This document shows, one piece after another, positions 1-8,226 of a stretch of DNA of 11,469 bases. Each line of letters opens with the position of its first letter. The first letter of the stretch is position 1. Position numbers and translations under genes: made by a program. The stretch covers positions 1 through 11,469 of the IMG/VR virus record IMGVR_UViG_2660238126_000001; one strand, 5' to 3'. The notes beneath the pieces are model-generated. The model made no database searches, was not told the DNA's origin, and was given only the letters and a program-made list of their open reading frames with translations. The stretch is from a virus. Its lineage: Duplodnaviria > Heunggongvirae > Uroviricota > Caudoviricetes.

Positions 1-329
1 GGTATACGGAACAGTATGGCGTGAAGTGACCTGTGGGGCGAACTGGAATGGACATCACCAAGGACGAAACCTCCTCTCTCTGCAAAGGATAGTTATCCAT
101 CCGGGGCAACCTATACCTTTACCATAACTTCCGGCATAGCCACCTTGCTACAATCAAGGGGTGTTGAAGAAACATCCGTTTCGTGGTGCTTTTTTAGTCT
201 TTTGGGGATTTAAATTCCTATCGATGAACGGGGAGGAGATCTGGCCCTGGATGTTACCAACCGATCCCCGCAGACATTTGCTTTCAGAACAGTCTGAAAT
301 ATCAGTAATATCTGCAACAGGATGCCATT

Positions 330-347
330 CTTGTTTGCACGAACCAT
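330..347 (-). pseudogene. cII: cII 5' remnant: first 6 codons (MVRANK) with lambda-like RBS, then unrelated sequence
   Basis: Reverse complement of 330..360 reads aggaaatacttacat-ATG GTT CGT GCA AAC AA, matching the lambda cII start as I recall it. The downstream translation (NGILLQILLIF...) is low-complexity and not cII-like. Confidence 0.6.
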
Positions 348-426
348 ATGTAAGTATTTCCTTAGATAACAATTGATTGAATGTATGCAAATAAATGCAT
401 ACACCATAGGTGTGGTTTAATTGGAT

Positions 427-458
427 GCCCTTTTTCAGGGCTGTGATGTGTAAGAGCG
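427..458 (-). promoter_or_regulatory. nutR: nutR (boxA and boxB hairpin) N-utilisation site downstream of cro
   Basis: Minus strand reads cgctcttaca (boxA-like) followed by gccctgaaaaagggc (boxB inverted repeat), located between cro and the cII start as in lambda. Confidence 0.8.
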
Positions 459-465
459 GTGTTAT

Positions 466-675
<210 letters not shown>

Positions 676-690
676 TTAGTACATGCAATT

Positions 691-760
691 ATTATCACCG
701 CTAGAGGTAAAACAGTCAACACGCACGGTGTTAGATATTTATCCCTTGCGGTGATAGATT
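691..760. promoter_or_regulatory. Right operator region: OR1 (693..709), OR2 (717..733), OR3 (740..756), PR (-10 691..696, -35 714..719, minus strand) and PRM (-35 732..737, -10 755..760, plus strand)
   Basis: Three 17-bp sites tatcaccgctagaggta, caacacgcacggtgtta and tatcccttgcggtgata. OR2 and OR3 are identical to lambda as recalled and OR1 differs at one position. PR has ttgact-17-gataat on the cro strand; PRM has tagata-17-tagatt reading into cI, whose ATG at 767 is at the expected leaderless start. Confidence 0.9.
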
Positions 761-763
761 TAA

Positions 764-1480
<717 letters not shown>

Positions 1481-1519
1481 TGAAACCACTTTTATCTACA
1501 ATTTACAGGGCGGTAAACA

Positions 1520-2077
1520 TTGGCAAAAATAGATGATTATCAGCCAAGCCAAGTAGAAGTTGATAAAGTACTTTATTGTAAAAAAATAGTTAACTTTTCT
1601 GGCGTTAAATGGAAACAGAAACCAAGTCGCTCTGATATGTGGCTACAAGCTCATATCATCCCCTTGGATGAGGATTGTATACCTATACAAGGGCTAAAGT
1701 TTGAACTGAAATGGAAACCAGATCAGGATTCAGAACCTGATGACCCGATTTCTTACCCTAAAATAAATATTATTGCTTTCTATCATAACAAGAGGGTTTT
1801 CGCGGTAGATACCTATCACTTTGACAAACACACGAATAGTTACAAGGTCGATCATCCGAAGTACCAAGATATCATTTACGGTGCTCATTACCATGTATAC
1901 TATGAAGAAGCTGGATACTATAGTGATAGAATAGCGTTTCCAATCGAAGATGACATAAACCCAGATGACCTGGTAGGGTATTGGAATTACTTCTGTAAAC
2001 ATCTGAACATAACTTACTCTGGGAGAATACCTTTACCGCTTGAAGATGAGTCGGGGCAAATGGGGTTTGGAATATGA
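1520..2077 (+). CDS. Hypothetical protein A (185 aa), first gene of a two-gene cassette in the rexA position; acidic and rich in Tyr, His and Trp
   Basis: 558-nt ORF starting at TTG 1520, three codons after an in-frame TAA, with agggcgg about 10 nt upstream; the first in-frame ATG is codon 40 at 1637. Co-oriented with cI and visibly more AT-rich than the flanks. No transmembrane segment or recognisable catalytic motif by eye. Confidence 0.7.
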   Translation: MAKIDDYQPSQVEVDKVLYCKKIVNFSGVKWKQKPSRSDMWLQAHIIPLDEDCIPIQGLKFELKWKPDQDSEPDDPISYPKINIIAFYHNKRVFAVDTYHFDKHTNSYKVDHPKYQDIIYGAHYHVYYEEAGYYSDRIAFPIEDDINPDDLVGYWNYFCKHLNITYSGRIPLPLEDESGQMGFGI

Positions 2078-2826
2078 TGTGCTCAACAGTGATCTCACAA
2101 CTAGGTTTCGAATGCCATCCAATAGGCAAGACCTTGAGAATTATCAGTCCATTCACTTACTGTGATGATGGAGAGCATGTCGGTGCCTTTATCCGTGAAG
2201 TCAATGGTAGGTATTTAGTTAGTGACAGATGCGATGCCTTAATGAATATGGAGGCAAGAGGGATCTCGCTTACCAAAAAACGACTTGATGAGATACGACA
2301 ATTACTGCTTAAAGAAGGCGCAGAACTCAATGCTCGAGGAGAAATCATTGCTTGGGCAACAGAAAAGGATGTCGGTGCGATTACATCGAACATAATTAGA
2401 GCTGGTATACTCGCATCAACTTTGTCGTTAGACTGGTATCAGCCAGTTCAAGCTGAAAAGTTTGAAAGTATGGTTATTGATTATCTATATCACACAGAGC
2501 TTAGAGAGGCACTTTCTCTTCGTGAAAACGTATATGGCTTGAGTGGACATCAAATTACCGTCCCTGTAACAATAAAAACCGACATACCTAAATACGTTTT
2601 TACATCAAGCGTGAAACACGGAGGAAGCTGGAATAGTGCTTACTCATTGCTTGGGAAACTAATTGATCTTAAAGCTTCAAGTGAGGAGTATAACAACAGA
2701 TTTGTTGTTATAGACAGCGAAGCAATTGGTGATCAAATGCAACAACTCTCCTTACTCTTCCATGAATCAAGCCAAGTTCTACCATTCTCCAAAAGAGAGA
2801 CTTGGATTAAGAGACTTGCAGCATAA
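2074..2826 (+). CDS. Hypothetical protein B (250 aa), second gene of the cassette in the rexB position; soluble, with an N-terminal Cys/His cluster
   Basis: ATG 2074 overlaps the TGA stop of gene A (aatATGAtg), indicating translational coupling. 753-nt ORF ending at TAA 2824..2826, immediately followed by an intrinsic terminator. No lambda counterpart recognised. Confidence 0.8.
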   Translation: MMCSTVISQLGFECHPIGKTLRIISPFTYCDDGEHVGAFIREVNGRYLVSDRCDALMNMEARGISLTKKRLDEIRQLLLKEGAELNARGEIIAWATEKDVGAITSNIIRAGILASTLSLDWYQPVQAEKFESMVIDYLYHTELREALSLRENVYGLSGHQITVPVTIKTDIPKYVFTSSVKHGGSWNSAYSLLGKLIDLKASSEEYNNRFVVIDSEAIGDQMQQLSLLFHESSQVLPFSKRETWIKRLAA

Positions 2827-2831
2827 TACAA

Positions 2832-2857
2832 CCCGGCCTCAGCGCCGGGTTTTCTTT
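2832..2857 (+). terminator. Intrinsic terminator (tImm-like) closing the PRM immunity transcript
   Basis: cccggc-ctcagc-gccggg hairpin followed by ttttcttt. Sequence from here rightward to OL resembles the lambda rexB-distal / tImm region as I recall it. Confidence 0.8.
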
Positions 2858-3014
2858 GCCTCACGATCGCCCCACCTAAAAACACATAACCAATTGTATT
2901 TATTGGAAAATAAATAGATACAACTCACTAAACAACGCAATTCTGATCTCTCCTTACATCGCCGAGGCAATACACTCACTCGAAAAAATAAATCCATATA
3001 AAAAACATACAGAT

Positions 3015-3077
3015 AACCATTTGCGGTGATAAAATATCTCTAGCGGTGTTGACACAAATACCACTAGCGGTGATACT
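3015..3077 (+). promoter_or_regulatory. Left operator region OL3 (3015..3031), OL2 (3035..3051), OL1 (3059..3075) with PL promoter (-35 ttgaca 3049..3054, -10 gatact 3072..3077)
   Basis: Sites aaccatttgcggtgata, tatctctagcggtgttg and taccactagcggtgata. ttgaca-17-gatact reads rightward into nutL and N. Confidence 0.9.
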
Positions 3078-3117
3078 TAGCTCGTCAGCAGGACGCACTA
3101 ACCACCATTGAAGGTGA

Positions 3118-3148
3118 GGCTCTTAAAAATTTAGCCCTGAAGAAGGGC
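3118..3148 (+). promoter_or_regulatory. nutL: nutL (boxA ggctcttaa and boxB gccctgaagaagggc)
   Basis: boxA-like 9-mer followed by a perfect boxB hairpin sequence, about 45 nt downstream of the PL -10. Confidence 0.85.
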
Positions 3149-3258
3149 AGCATTCAAAGCAGAAAGCTTTGAGTAGCGCGAAATGCAGCTGCAAGACAGC
3201 AACCGTGGGGATAAGCATCACGGCGCGTTACTCAAAGCTAACTGACAGGAGAATCCAG

Positions 3259-3582
3259 ATGGATGCACAAACACGCCGCCGCGAACGTCGCGCAGAGAAA
3301 CAGGCTCAATGGAAAGCAGCAAATCCCCTGTTGGTTGGGGTAAGCGCAAAACCAGTTAACCGCCCTATTCTCTCGCTGAATCGCAAACCGAAATCACGAG
3401 TAGAAAGCGCACTGAATCCGATAGACCTTACAGTGCTGGCTGAATACCACGAACAGATTGAAAGCAACCTGCAACGTATTGAGCGCAAGAATCAGCGCAC
3501 ATGGTACAGCAAGCCTGGCGAACGCGGCATAACATGCAGTGGACGCCAGAAAATTAAGGGAAAATCGATTCCTCTTATCTAG
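3259..3582 (+). CDS. N: Antitermination protein N (107 aa)
   Basis: Translation MDAQTRRRERRAEKQAQWKAANPLL...KGKSIPLI with the arginine-rich motif, preceded by RBS aggagaatccag-ATG. The track's longer 3169 start is a TTG extension and is rejected. Confidence 0.96.
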   Translation: MDAQTRRRERRAEKQAQWKAANPLLVGVSAKPVNRPILSLNRKPKSRVESALNPIDLTVLAEYHEQIESNLQRIERKNQRTWYSKPGERGITCSGRQKIKGKSIPLI

Positions 3583-4137
3583 TTACTTAGATATTGGCCT
3601 TGGCTTTATCTCAATATTATATGGATCATAGCTGGCAACTAATTCAGTCCAGTAAATATCCTCAATAGGGAATAATATATGCTTCCCGTTCCATCGGGAA
3701 AAAGTTTTGTTCAACACACCAAGCTCAATCAACTCACTAATGTATGGGAATTGTTTTGATGTAACCACATACTTCCTGCCTTCATTAAGGGCTGCGCACA
3801 AAACCATAGATTGCTCTTCTGTAAGGTTTTGAATTACCGATCGCACTTTATCGTTTTGCATCTTAATGCGTTTTCTTAGCTTAAATCGCTTATATCTGGC
3901 GCTGGCAATAGCTGATAATCGATGCACATTAATTGCTAGCGAAAATGCAAGAGCAAAGACGAAAACATGCCACACATGAGGAATACCGATTCTCTCATTA
4001 ACATATTCAGGCCAGTTATCTGGGCTTAAAAGCAGAAGTCCAACCCAGATAACGATCATATACATGGTTCTCTCCAGAGGTTCATTACTGAACACTCGTC
4101 CGAGAATAACGAGTGGATCCATTTCTATACTCATCAA
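3583..4137 (-). CDS. sieB: Superinfection exclusion protein B (184 aa), membrane protein
   Basis: Translation MMSIEMDPLVILGRVFSNEPLERTMYMIVIWVGLLLLSPDNWPEY... matches lambda SieB from memory. It has hydrophobic N-terminal helices and is convergent with N. Confidence 0.92.
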   Translation of the reverse strand: MMSIEMDPLVILGRVFSNEPLERTMYMIVIWVGLLLLSPDNWPEYVNERIGIPHVWHVFVFALAFSLAINVHRLSAIASARYKRFKLRKRIKMQNDKVRSVIQNLTEEQSMVLCAALNEGRKYVVTSKQFPYISELIELGVLNKTFSRWNGKHILFPIEDIYWTELVASYDPYNIEIKPRPISK

Positions 4138-4261
4138 ACTGTAGGGGTTGTAATAGTTTATCCGATTTCTCGCTGTAGGGGTACACGAGAACCACCGAGC
4201 CTGATGTGGTTAAAAGACAGGCACAATCTTTACTACCGCAATCCACTATTTAAGGTGATAT

Positions 4262-4348
4262 ATGGAAGAAGAATTTGAAGAGTTCGAAGAGCATCCGCAG
4301 GATGTAATGGAACAGTACCAGGACTATCCGTATGACTACGACTATTGA
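4262..4348 (+). CDS. Small acidic ORF (28 aa, MEEEFEEFEEHPQDVMEQYQDYPYDYDY), lambda orf28-like
   Basis: ATG 4262 with upstream taaggtga; overlaps the ral start. Its position between sieB and ral matches lambda orf28 as recalled. Below the length cut-off of the ORF track. Confidence 0.5.
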   Translation: MEEEFEEFEEHPQDVMEQYQDYPYDYDY

Positions 4349-4511
4349 TAAGAATCAATGGTGTGGACAATTCAAGCGATGCAATGGATGCAAGCTGCAA
4401 TCGGAATGCATGGTTAAGCCTGAAGAAATGTTTCCTGTAATGGAAGATGGGAAATATGTCGATAAATGGGCAATACGAACGACGGCAATGATTGCCAGAG
4501 AACTTGGTTAA
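4332..4511 (+). CDS. ral: Restriction alleviation protein Ral, ending early at TAA (59 aa); the frame continues QNNKAA to TGA at 4530..4532
   Basis: Translation MTTTIDKNQWCGQFKRCNGCKLQSECMVKPEEMFPVMEDGKYVDKWAIRTTAMIARELG*. Lambda Ral is 66 aa as I recall, and 59 + 7 in-frame codons gives 66. Confidence 0.8.
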   Translation: MTTTIDKNQWCGQFKRCNGCKLQSECMVKPEEMFPVMEDGKYVDKWAIRTTAMIARELG

Positions 4512-4668
4512 CAGAACAACAAAGCTGCCTGATAGTGGCCTTTATTTTTGGCATAAATAACAGAATAAACACTGCACTGTGTATTCATTCCAACGAGTGA
4601 ATACACGGAGCAATGTCGCTCGTAACTAAACAGGAGCCGACTTGTTCTGATTATTGGAAATCTTCTTT

Positions 4669-4694
4669 GCCCTCCAGTGTGAGGGCGATTTTTT
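4669..4694 (+). terminator. Intrinsic terminator-like hairpin upstream of ea10 (tL-type, presumably read through under N antitermination)
   Basis: gccctc-cagtgt-gagggc stem-loop followed by gatttttta. Confidence 0.55.
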
Positions 4695-4714
4695 ATCTAT
4701 GAGGATATGAACAG

Positions 4715-5083
4715 ATGTCAAACATCAAAAAATACATCATTGATTACGACTGGAAAGCATCAATAGAAATTGAAATCGACCATGACGTAATGACAGAGGA
4801 AAAACTTCACCAGATTAATAATTTCTGGTCAGACTCTGAATACCGACTCAATAAACACGGCTCTGTATTAAATGCTGTATTAATCATGCTGGCGCAACAT
4901 GCTCTGCTTATAGCAATTTCAAGCGACTTAAATGCATATGGTGTTGTGTGTGAGTTCGACTGGAATGATGGAAATGGTCAGGAAGGATGGCCTCCAATGG
5001 ATGGTAGCGAAGGAATAAGAATTACCGATATCGATACATCAGGAATATTTGATTCAGATGATATGACTATCAAAGCCGCCTGA
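4715..5083 (+). CDS. ea10: Ea10 protein (122 aa)
   Basis: Translation MSNIKKYIIDYDWKASIEIEIDHDV...DSDDMTIKAA, in the lambda ea10 position between ral and cIII. Confidence 0.85.
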   Translation: MSNIKKYIIDYDWKASIEIEIDHDVMTEEKLHQINNFWSDSEYRLNKHGSVLNAVLIMLAQHALLIAISSDLNAYGVVCEFDWNDGNGQEGWPPMDGSEGIRITDIDTSGIFDSDDMTIKAA

Positions 5084-5155
5084 GCGCGGCGTTACCGCAT
5101 ACCAATAACGCTTCACTCGAGGCGTTTTTCGTTATGTATAAATAAGGAGCACACC

Positions 5156-5320
5156 ATGCAATATGCCATTGCAGGGTGGCCTGTTGCTGGCTGCCCTTCC
5201 GAATCTTTACTTGAACGAATCACCCGTAAATTACGTGACGGATGGAAACGCCTTATCGACATACTTAATCAGCCAGGAGTCCCAAAAAATGGATCAAACA
5301 CTTATGGCTATCCAGACTAA
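5156..5320 (+). CDS. cIII: CIII (54 aa), FtsH inhibitor that stabilises CII
   Basis: Translation [54 protein letters not shown] with RBS aaggag upstream. The track ORF 5163..5432 is a different frame. Confidence 0.9.
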   Translation: MQYAIAGWPVAGCPSESLLERITRKLRDGWKRLIDILNQPGVPKNGSNTYGYPD

Positions 5321-5432
5321 ATTCACTATCGCCACTTTTATTGGCGATGAAAAGATGTTTCGTGAGGCCGTCGACGCTTATAAAAAATGGATATTAATAC
5401 TGAAACTGAGATCAAGCAAAAGCATTCACTAA
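5289..5432 (+). CDS. kil: Kil (47 aa), host cell-division inhibitor
   Basis: Translation [47 protein letters not shown]. Overlaps the cIII 3' end and the gam 5' end as in lambda. Confidence 0.85.
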   Translation: MDQTLMAIQTKFTIATFIGDEKMFREAVDAYKKWILILKLRSSKSIH

Positions 5433-5803
5433 CCCCCTTTCCTGTTTTCCTAATCAGCCCGGCATTTCGCGGGCGATATTTTCACAGCTATTTCAGGAGT
5501 TCAGCCATGAACGCTTATTACATTCAGGATCGTCTTGAGGCTCAGAGCTGGACGCGTCACTACCAGCAGCTCGCCCGTGAAGAGAAAGAGGCAGAACTGG
5601 CAGACGACATGGAAAAAAGCCTGCCCCAGCACCTGTTTGAATCGCTATGCATCGATCATTTGCAACGCCACGGGGCCAGCAAAAAAGCCATTACCCGTGC
5701 GTTTGATGACGATGTTGAGTTTCAGGAGCGCATGGCAGAACACATCCGGTACATGGTTGAAACCATTGCTCACCACCAGGTTGATATTGATTCAGAGGTA
5801 TAA
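5387..5803 (+). CDS. gam: Gam (138 aa), RecBCD inhibitor
   Basis: Translation [22 protein letters not shown]... with internal Met ([15 protein letters not shown]...) corresponding to GamS, ending ...[10 protein letters not shown]. Confidence 0.95.
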   Translation: MDINTETEIKQKHSLTPFPVFLISPAFRGRYFHSYFRSSAMNAYYIQDRLEAQSWTRHYQQLAREEKEAELADDMEKSLPQHLFESLCIDHLQRHGASKKAITRAFDDDVEFQERMAEHIRYMVETIAHHQVDIDSEV

Positions 5804-5808
5804 AACGG

Positions 5809-6594
5809 ATGAGTACAGCACTCGCAACGCTGGCTGGGAAGCTGGCTGAACGTGTCGGCATGGATTCTGTCGACCCACAGGAACTGATCACCACTCTTCG
5901 CCAGACGGCATTTAAAGGTGATGCCAGCGATGCGCAGTTCATCGCATTGTTGATCGTCGCCAACCAGTACGGCCTTAATCCGTGGACGAAAGAAATTTAC
6001 GCCTTCCCTGACAAGCAGAACGGCATCGTTCCGGTGGTGGGCGTTGATGGCTGGTCCCGTATCATCAATGAAAACCAGCAGTTTGATGGCATGGACTTTG
6101 AGCAGGACAATGAATCATGTACATGCCGGATTTACCGCAAGGACCGTAATCATCCGATCTGCGTTACCGAGTGGATGGATGAATGCCGCCGCGAACCATT
6201 CAAAACCCGCGAAGGCAGAGAAATCACCGGACCGTGGCAGTCGCATCCCAAACGGATGTTACGGCATAAAGCCATGATTCAGTGTGCCCGTCTGGCCTTC
6301 GGATTTGCTGGTATCTATGACAAGGATGAAGCCGAGCGCATTGTCGAAAATACTGCATACACTGCAGAACGTCAGCCGGAACGCGACATCACTCCGGTTA
6401 ACGATGAAACCATGCAGGAGATTAACACTCTGCTGATCGCCCTGGATAAAACATGGGATGACGACTTATTGCCGCTCTGTTCCCAGATATTTCGCCGCGA
6501 CATTCGCGCATCGTCAGAACTGACACAGGCCGAAGCAGTGAAAGCTCTTGGATTCCTGAAACAGAAAGCCACTGAGCAGAAGGTGGCAGCATGA
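5809..6594 (+). CDS. bet: Bet / Red-beta single-strand annealing protein (261 aa)
   Basis: Translation [68 protein letters not shown]... matches lambda Bet from memory. Stop overlaps the exo start (ATGA). Confidence 0.97.
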   Translation: MSTALATLAGKLAERVGMDSVDPQELITTLRQTAFKGDASDAQFIALLIVANQYGLNPWTKEIYAFPDKQNGIVPVVGVDGWSRIINENQQFDGMDFEQDNESCTCRIYRKDRNHPICVTEWMDECRREPFKTREGREITGPWQSHPKRMLRHKAMIQCARLAFGFAGIYDKDEAERIVENTAYTAERQPERDITPVNDETMQEINTLLIALDKTWDDDLLPLCSQIFRRDIRASSELTQAEAVKALGFLKQKATEQKVAA

Positions 6595-7271
6595 CACCGG
6601 ACATTATCCTGCAGCGTGCCGGGATCGACGTGAGAGCTGTCGAACAGGGAGATGATGCGTGGCACAAATTACGGCTCGGCGTCATCACAGCTTCAGAAGT
6701 TCATAACGTAATAGCAAAACCCCGCTCCGGAAAAAAGTGGCCTGACATGAAAATGTCCTACTTCCACACCCTGCTGGCTGAGGTTTGCACCGGTGTGGCT
6801 CCGGAAGTTAATGCTAAGGCGCTGGCCTGGGGAAAACAGTACGAGAACGACGCCAGAGCCCTGTTTGAGTTTACTTCCGGCGTGAATGTTACTGAATCCC
6901 CGATCATCTATCGCGACGAAAGTATGCGCACCGCCTGCTCTCCCGATGGTTTATGCAGTGACGGCAACGGCCTTGAGCTGAAATGCCCGTTTACCTCCCG
7001 GGATTTCATGAAATTCCGGCTCGGTGGTTTCGAGGCCATAAAATCGGCTTACATGGCCCAGGTGCAGTACAGCATGTGGGTGACGCGAAAAGATGCCTGG
7101 TACTTTGCCAACTATGACCCACGAATGAAGCGTGAAGGCCTGCATTATGTCGTGGTTGAGCGGGATGAAAAGTACATGGCGAGTTTTGACGAGATGGTGC
7201 CGGAGTTCATCGAAAAAATGGACGAGGCACTGGCTGAAATTGGTTTTGTATTTGGGGAGCAATGGCGATGA
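6591..7271 (+). CDS. exo: Exo / Red-alpha 5'-3' exonuclease (226 aa)
   Basis: Translation [65 protein letters not shown]...EQWR matches lambda Exo from memory. Confidence 0.97.
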   Translation: MTPDIILQRAGIDVRAVEQGDDAWHKLRLGVITASEVHNVIAKPRSGKKWPDMKMSYFHTLLAEVCTGVAPEVNAKALAWGKQYENDARALFEFTSGVNVTESPIIYRDESMRTACSPDGLCSDGNGLELKCPFTSRDFMKFRLGGFEAIKSAYMAQVQYSMWVTRKDAWYFANYDPRMKREGLHYVVVERDEKYMASFDEMVPEFIEKMDEALAEIGFVFGEQWR

Positions 7272-7450
7272 AGCATCCTCACGATAATATCCGGGTAGGC
7301 GCGATCACTTTCGTCTACTCCGTTACAAAGCGAGGCTGGGTATTTCCCGGCCTTTCTGTTATCAGAAATCCACTGATAGCACAGCGGCTGGCTGAGGAGA
7401 TAAATAATAAACGGGGGGCTGTATGCACAAAGCATCTCCTGTTGAGTTAA
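7262..7450 (+). CDS. Small ORF, lambda orf60a-like (62 aa from the first ATG; 60 aa if started at the second Met at 7268)
   Basis: Translation [31 protein letters not shown]...; overlaps the exo stop, in the orf60a position. Confidence 0.75.
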   Translation: MAMKHPHDNIRVGAITFVYSVTKRGWVFPGLSVIRNPLIAQRLAEEINNKRGAVCTKHLLLS

Positions 7451-7614
7451 GAACGAGTATCGAGATGGCACATAGCCTCGCTCAAATTGGAGTCAGGTTT
7501 GTGCCAATACCAGTAGAAACAGACGAAGAATTTCACACGTTAGCCGCATCCCTTTCACAAAAGCTGGAAATGATGGTGGCGAAAGCAGAAGCAGATGAGA
7601 GAGACCAGGTATGA
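7423..7614 (+). CDS. Small ORF, lambda orf63-like (63 aa)
   Basis: Translation [63 protein letters not shown], in the orf63 position. Confidence 0.75.
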   Translation: MHKASPVELRTSIEMAHSLAQIGVRFVPIPVETDEEFHTLAASLSQKLEMMVAKAEADERDQV

Positions 7615-7690
7615 CAACCACTGAATGCATTTTTCTGGCAGCGGGCTTCATATTCTGTGTGCTTATGCTTGCCGACATGGGGCTTGTTCA

Positions 7691-7906
7691 ATGACACCTC
7701 AGCAAGAAAACGCCCTTCGCAGCATTGCCCGTCAGGCTAATTCTGAAATCAAAAAAGCCAGACAGCAGTTTCCGGATAAAAACGTCGATGACATTTGCCG
7801 TAGCGTACTAAAGAAGCACCGCGAAACGGTAACGCTGATGGGATTCACACCGACTCATTTAAGCCTGGCGATCGGCATGTTGAACGGCGTCTTTAAGGAA
7901 CGGTGA
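7691..7906 (+). CDS. Small ORF, lambda orf61-like (71 aa from ATG 7691)
   Basis: Translation MTPQQENALRSIARQANSEIKKARQQFPDKNVDDICRSVLKKHRETVTLMGFTPTHLSLAIGMLNGVFKER with gggg about 10 nt upstream. The track's 7625 start would read through a hydrophobic leader and is less likely. Confidence 0.65.
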   Translation: MTPQQENALRSIARQANSEIKKARQQFPDKNVDDICRSVLKKHRETVTLMGFTPTHLSLAIGMLNGVFKER

Positions 7907-7928
7907 ACATGAAAAGCAAAATCATCAG

Positions 7929-7949
7929 GGAGCTACAGGCTCCTTTTTT
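7929..7949 (+). terminator. Weak intrinsic terminator-like hairpin
   Basis: ggagc-tacag-gctcc followed by tttttt. Only a 5-bp stem. Confidence 0.4.
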
Positions 7950-8004
7950 ATTATTCGCATTCACCCTCAAGCGTATTAACCAACAATTCAGGGATTAATG
8001 AAAG

Positions 8005-8226
8005 ATGGCAGACATAATTGATTCAGCATCAGAAATTGAAGAATTACAGCGCAACACAGCAATAAAAATGCGCCGCCTGAACCACCAGGCTATATCTGCC
8101 ACTCATTGTTGTGAGTGTGGCGATCCGATAGATGAACGAAGACGACTGGCCGTTCAGGGTTGTCGGACTTGTGCAAGTTGCCAGGAGGATCTGGAACTTA
8201 TCAGTAAACAGAGAGGTTCGAAGTGA
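8005..8226 (+). CDS. DksA/TraR-family C4 zinc-finger protein (73 aa), lambda orf73-like
   Basis: CxxC...CxxC spacing in ...HCCECGDPIDERRRLAVQGCRTCASCQEDLE..., typical of TraR-type proteins. Length and position match lambda orf73 as I recall it. Confidence 0.8.
   Translation: MADIIDSASEIEELQRNTAIKMRRLNHQAISATHCCECGDPIDERRRLAVQGCRTCASCQEDLELISKQRGSK

Noticed and set aside
154-407. Track ORFs 154..390 (-), 161..376 (+) and 210..407 (-) at the left end
   Set aside because: Apart from the six cII codons, the translations are low-complexity and the region includes nutR/tR1 regulatory DNA; treated as non-coding junction sequence.
2092-2100. GKT tripeptide in protein B as a possible Walker A / P-loop
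   Set aside because: The context is G-x6-GKT (GFECHPIGKT), not G-x4-GK[ST], and there is no Walker B-like hhhhDE nearby, so an NTPase call is not supported.
1730-2393. Minus-strand ORFs 1730..2002, 1872..2156 and 2157..2393 inside the cassette
   Set aside because: They are antisense shadows of the two long, coupled plus-strand ORFs, with no RBS and junk-like composition.
3169-3582. 137-aa N-extended version of N starting at TTG 3169
   Set aside because: Lambda N starts at MDAQTRRR, and ATG 3259 has the canonical aggagaatccag RBS. The upstream extension covers the PL leader just downstream of nutL.
5163-5432. 89-aa ORF in the track spanning the cIII and kil region
   Set aside because: It is an alternative-frame read-through. 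The real genes here are cIII (5156..5320, MQYAIAGW...) and kil (5289..5432), and the track ORF merely shares kil's frame at its 3' end.
5535-7471. Alternative-frame and antisense ORFs overlapping gam, bet, exo and the small orfs (5535..5849, 5691..5963, 6044..6277, 6372..6665, 6422..6688, 6951..7262, 7145..7471)
   Set aside because: All lie within well-recognised gam, bet and exo reading frames and are shadow ORFs typical of higher-GC coding sequence.
7625-7906. 93-aa extended form of the orf61-like ORF
   Set aside because: The extension reads through a hydrophobic spacer and overlaps the possible micro-ORF. The ATG at 7691 gives the conserved MTPQQENALR start.
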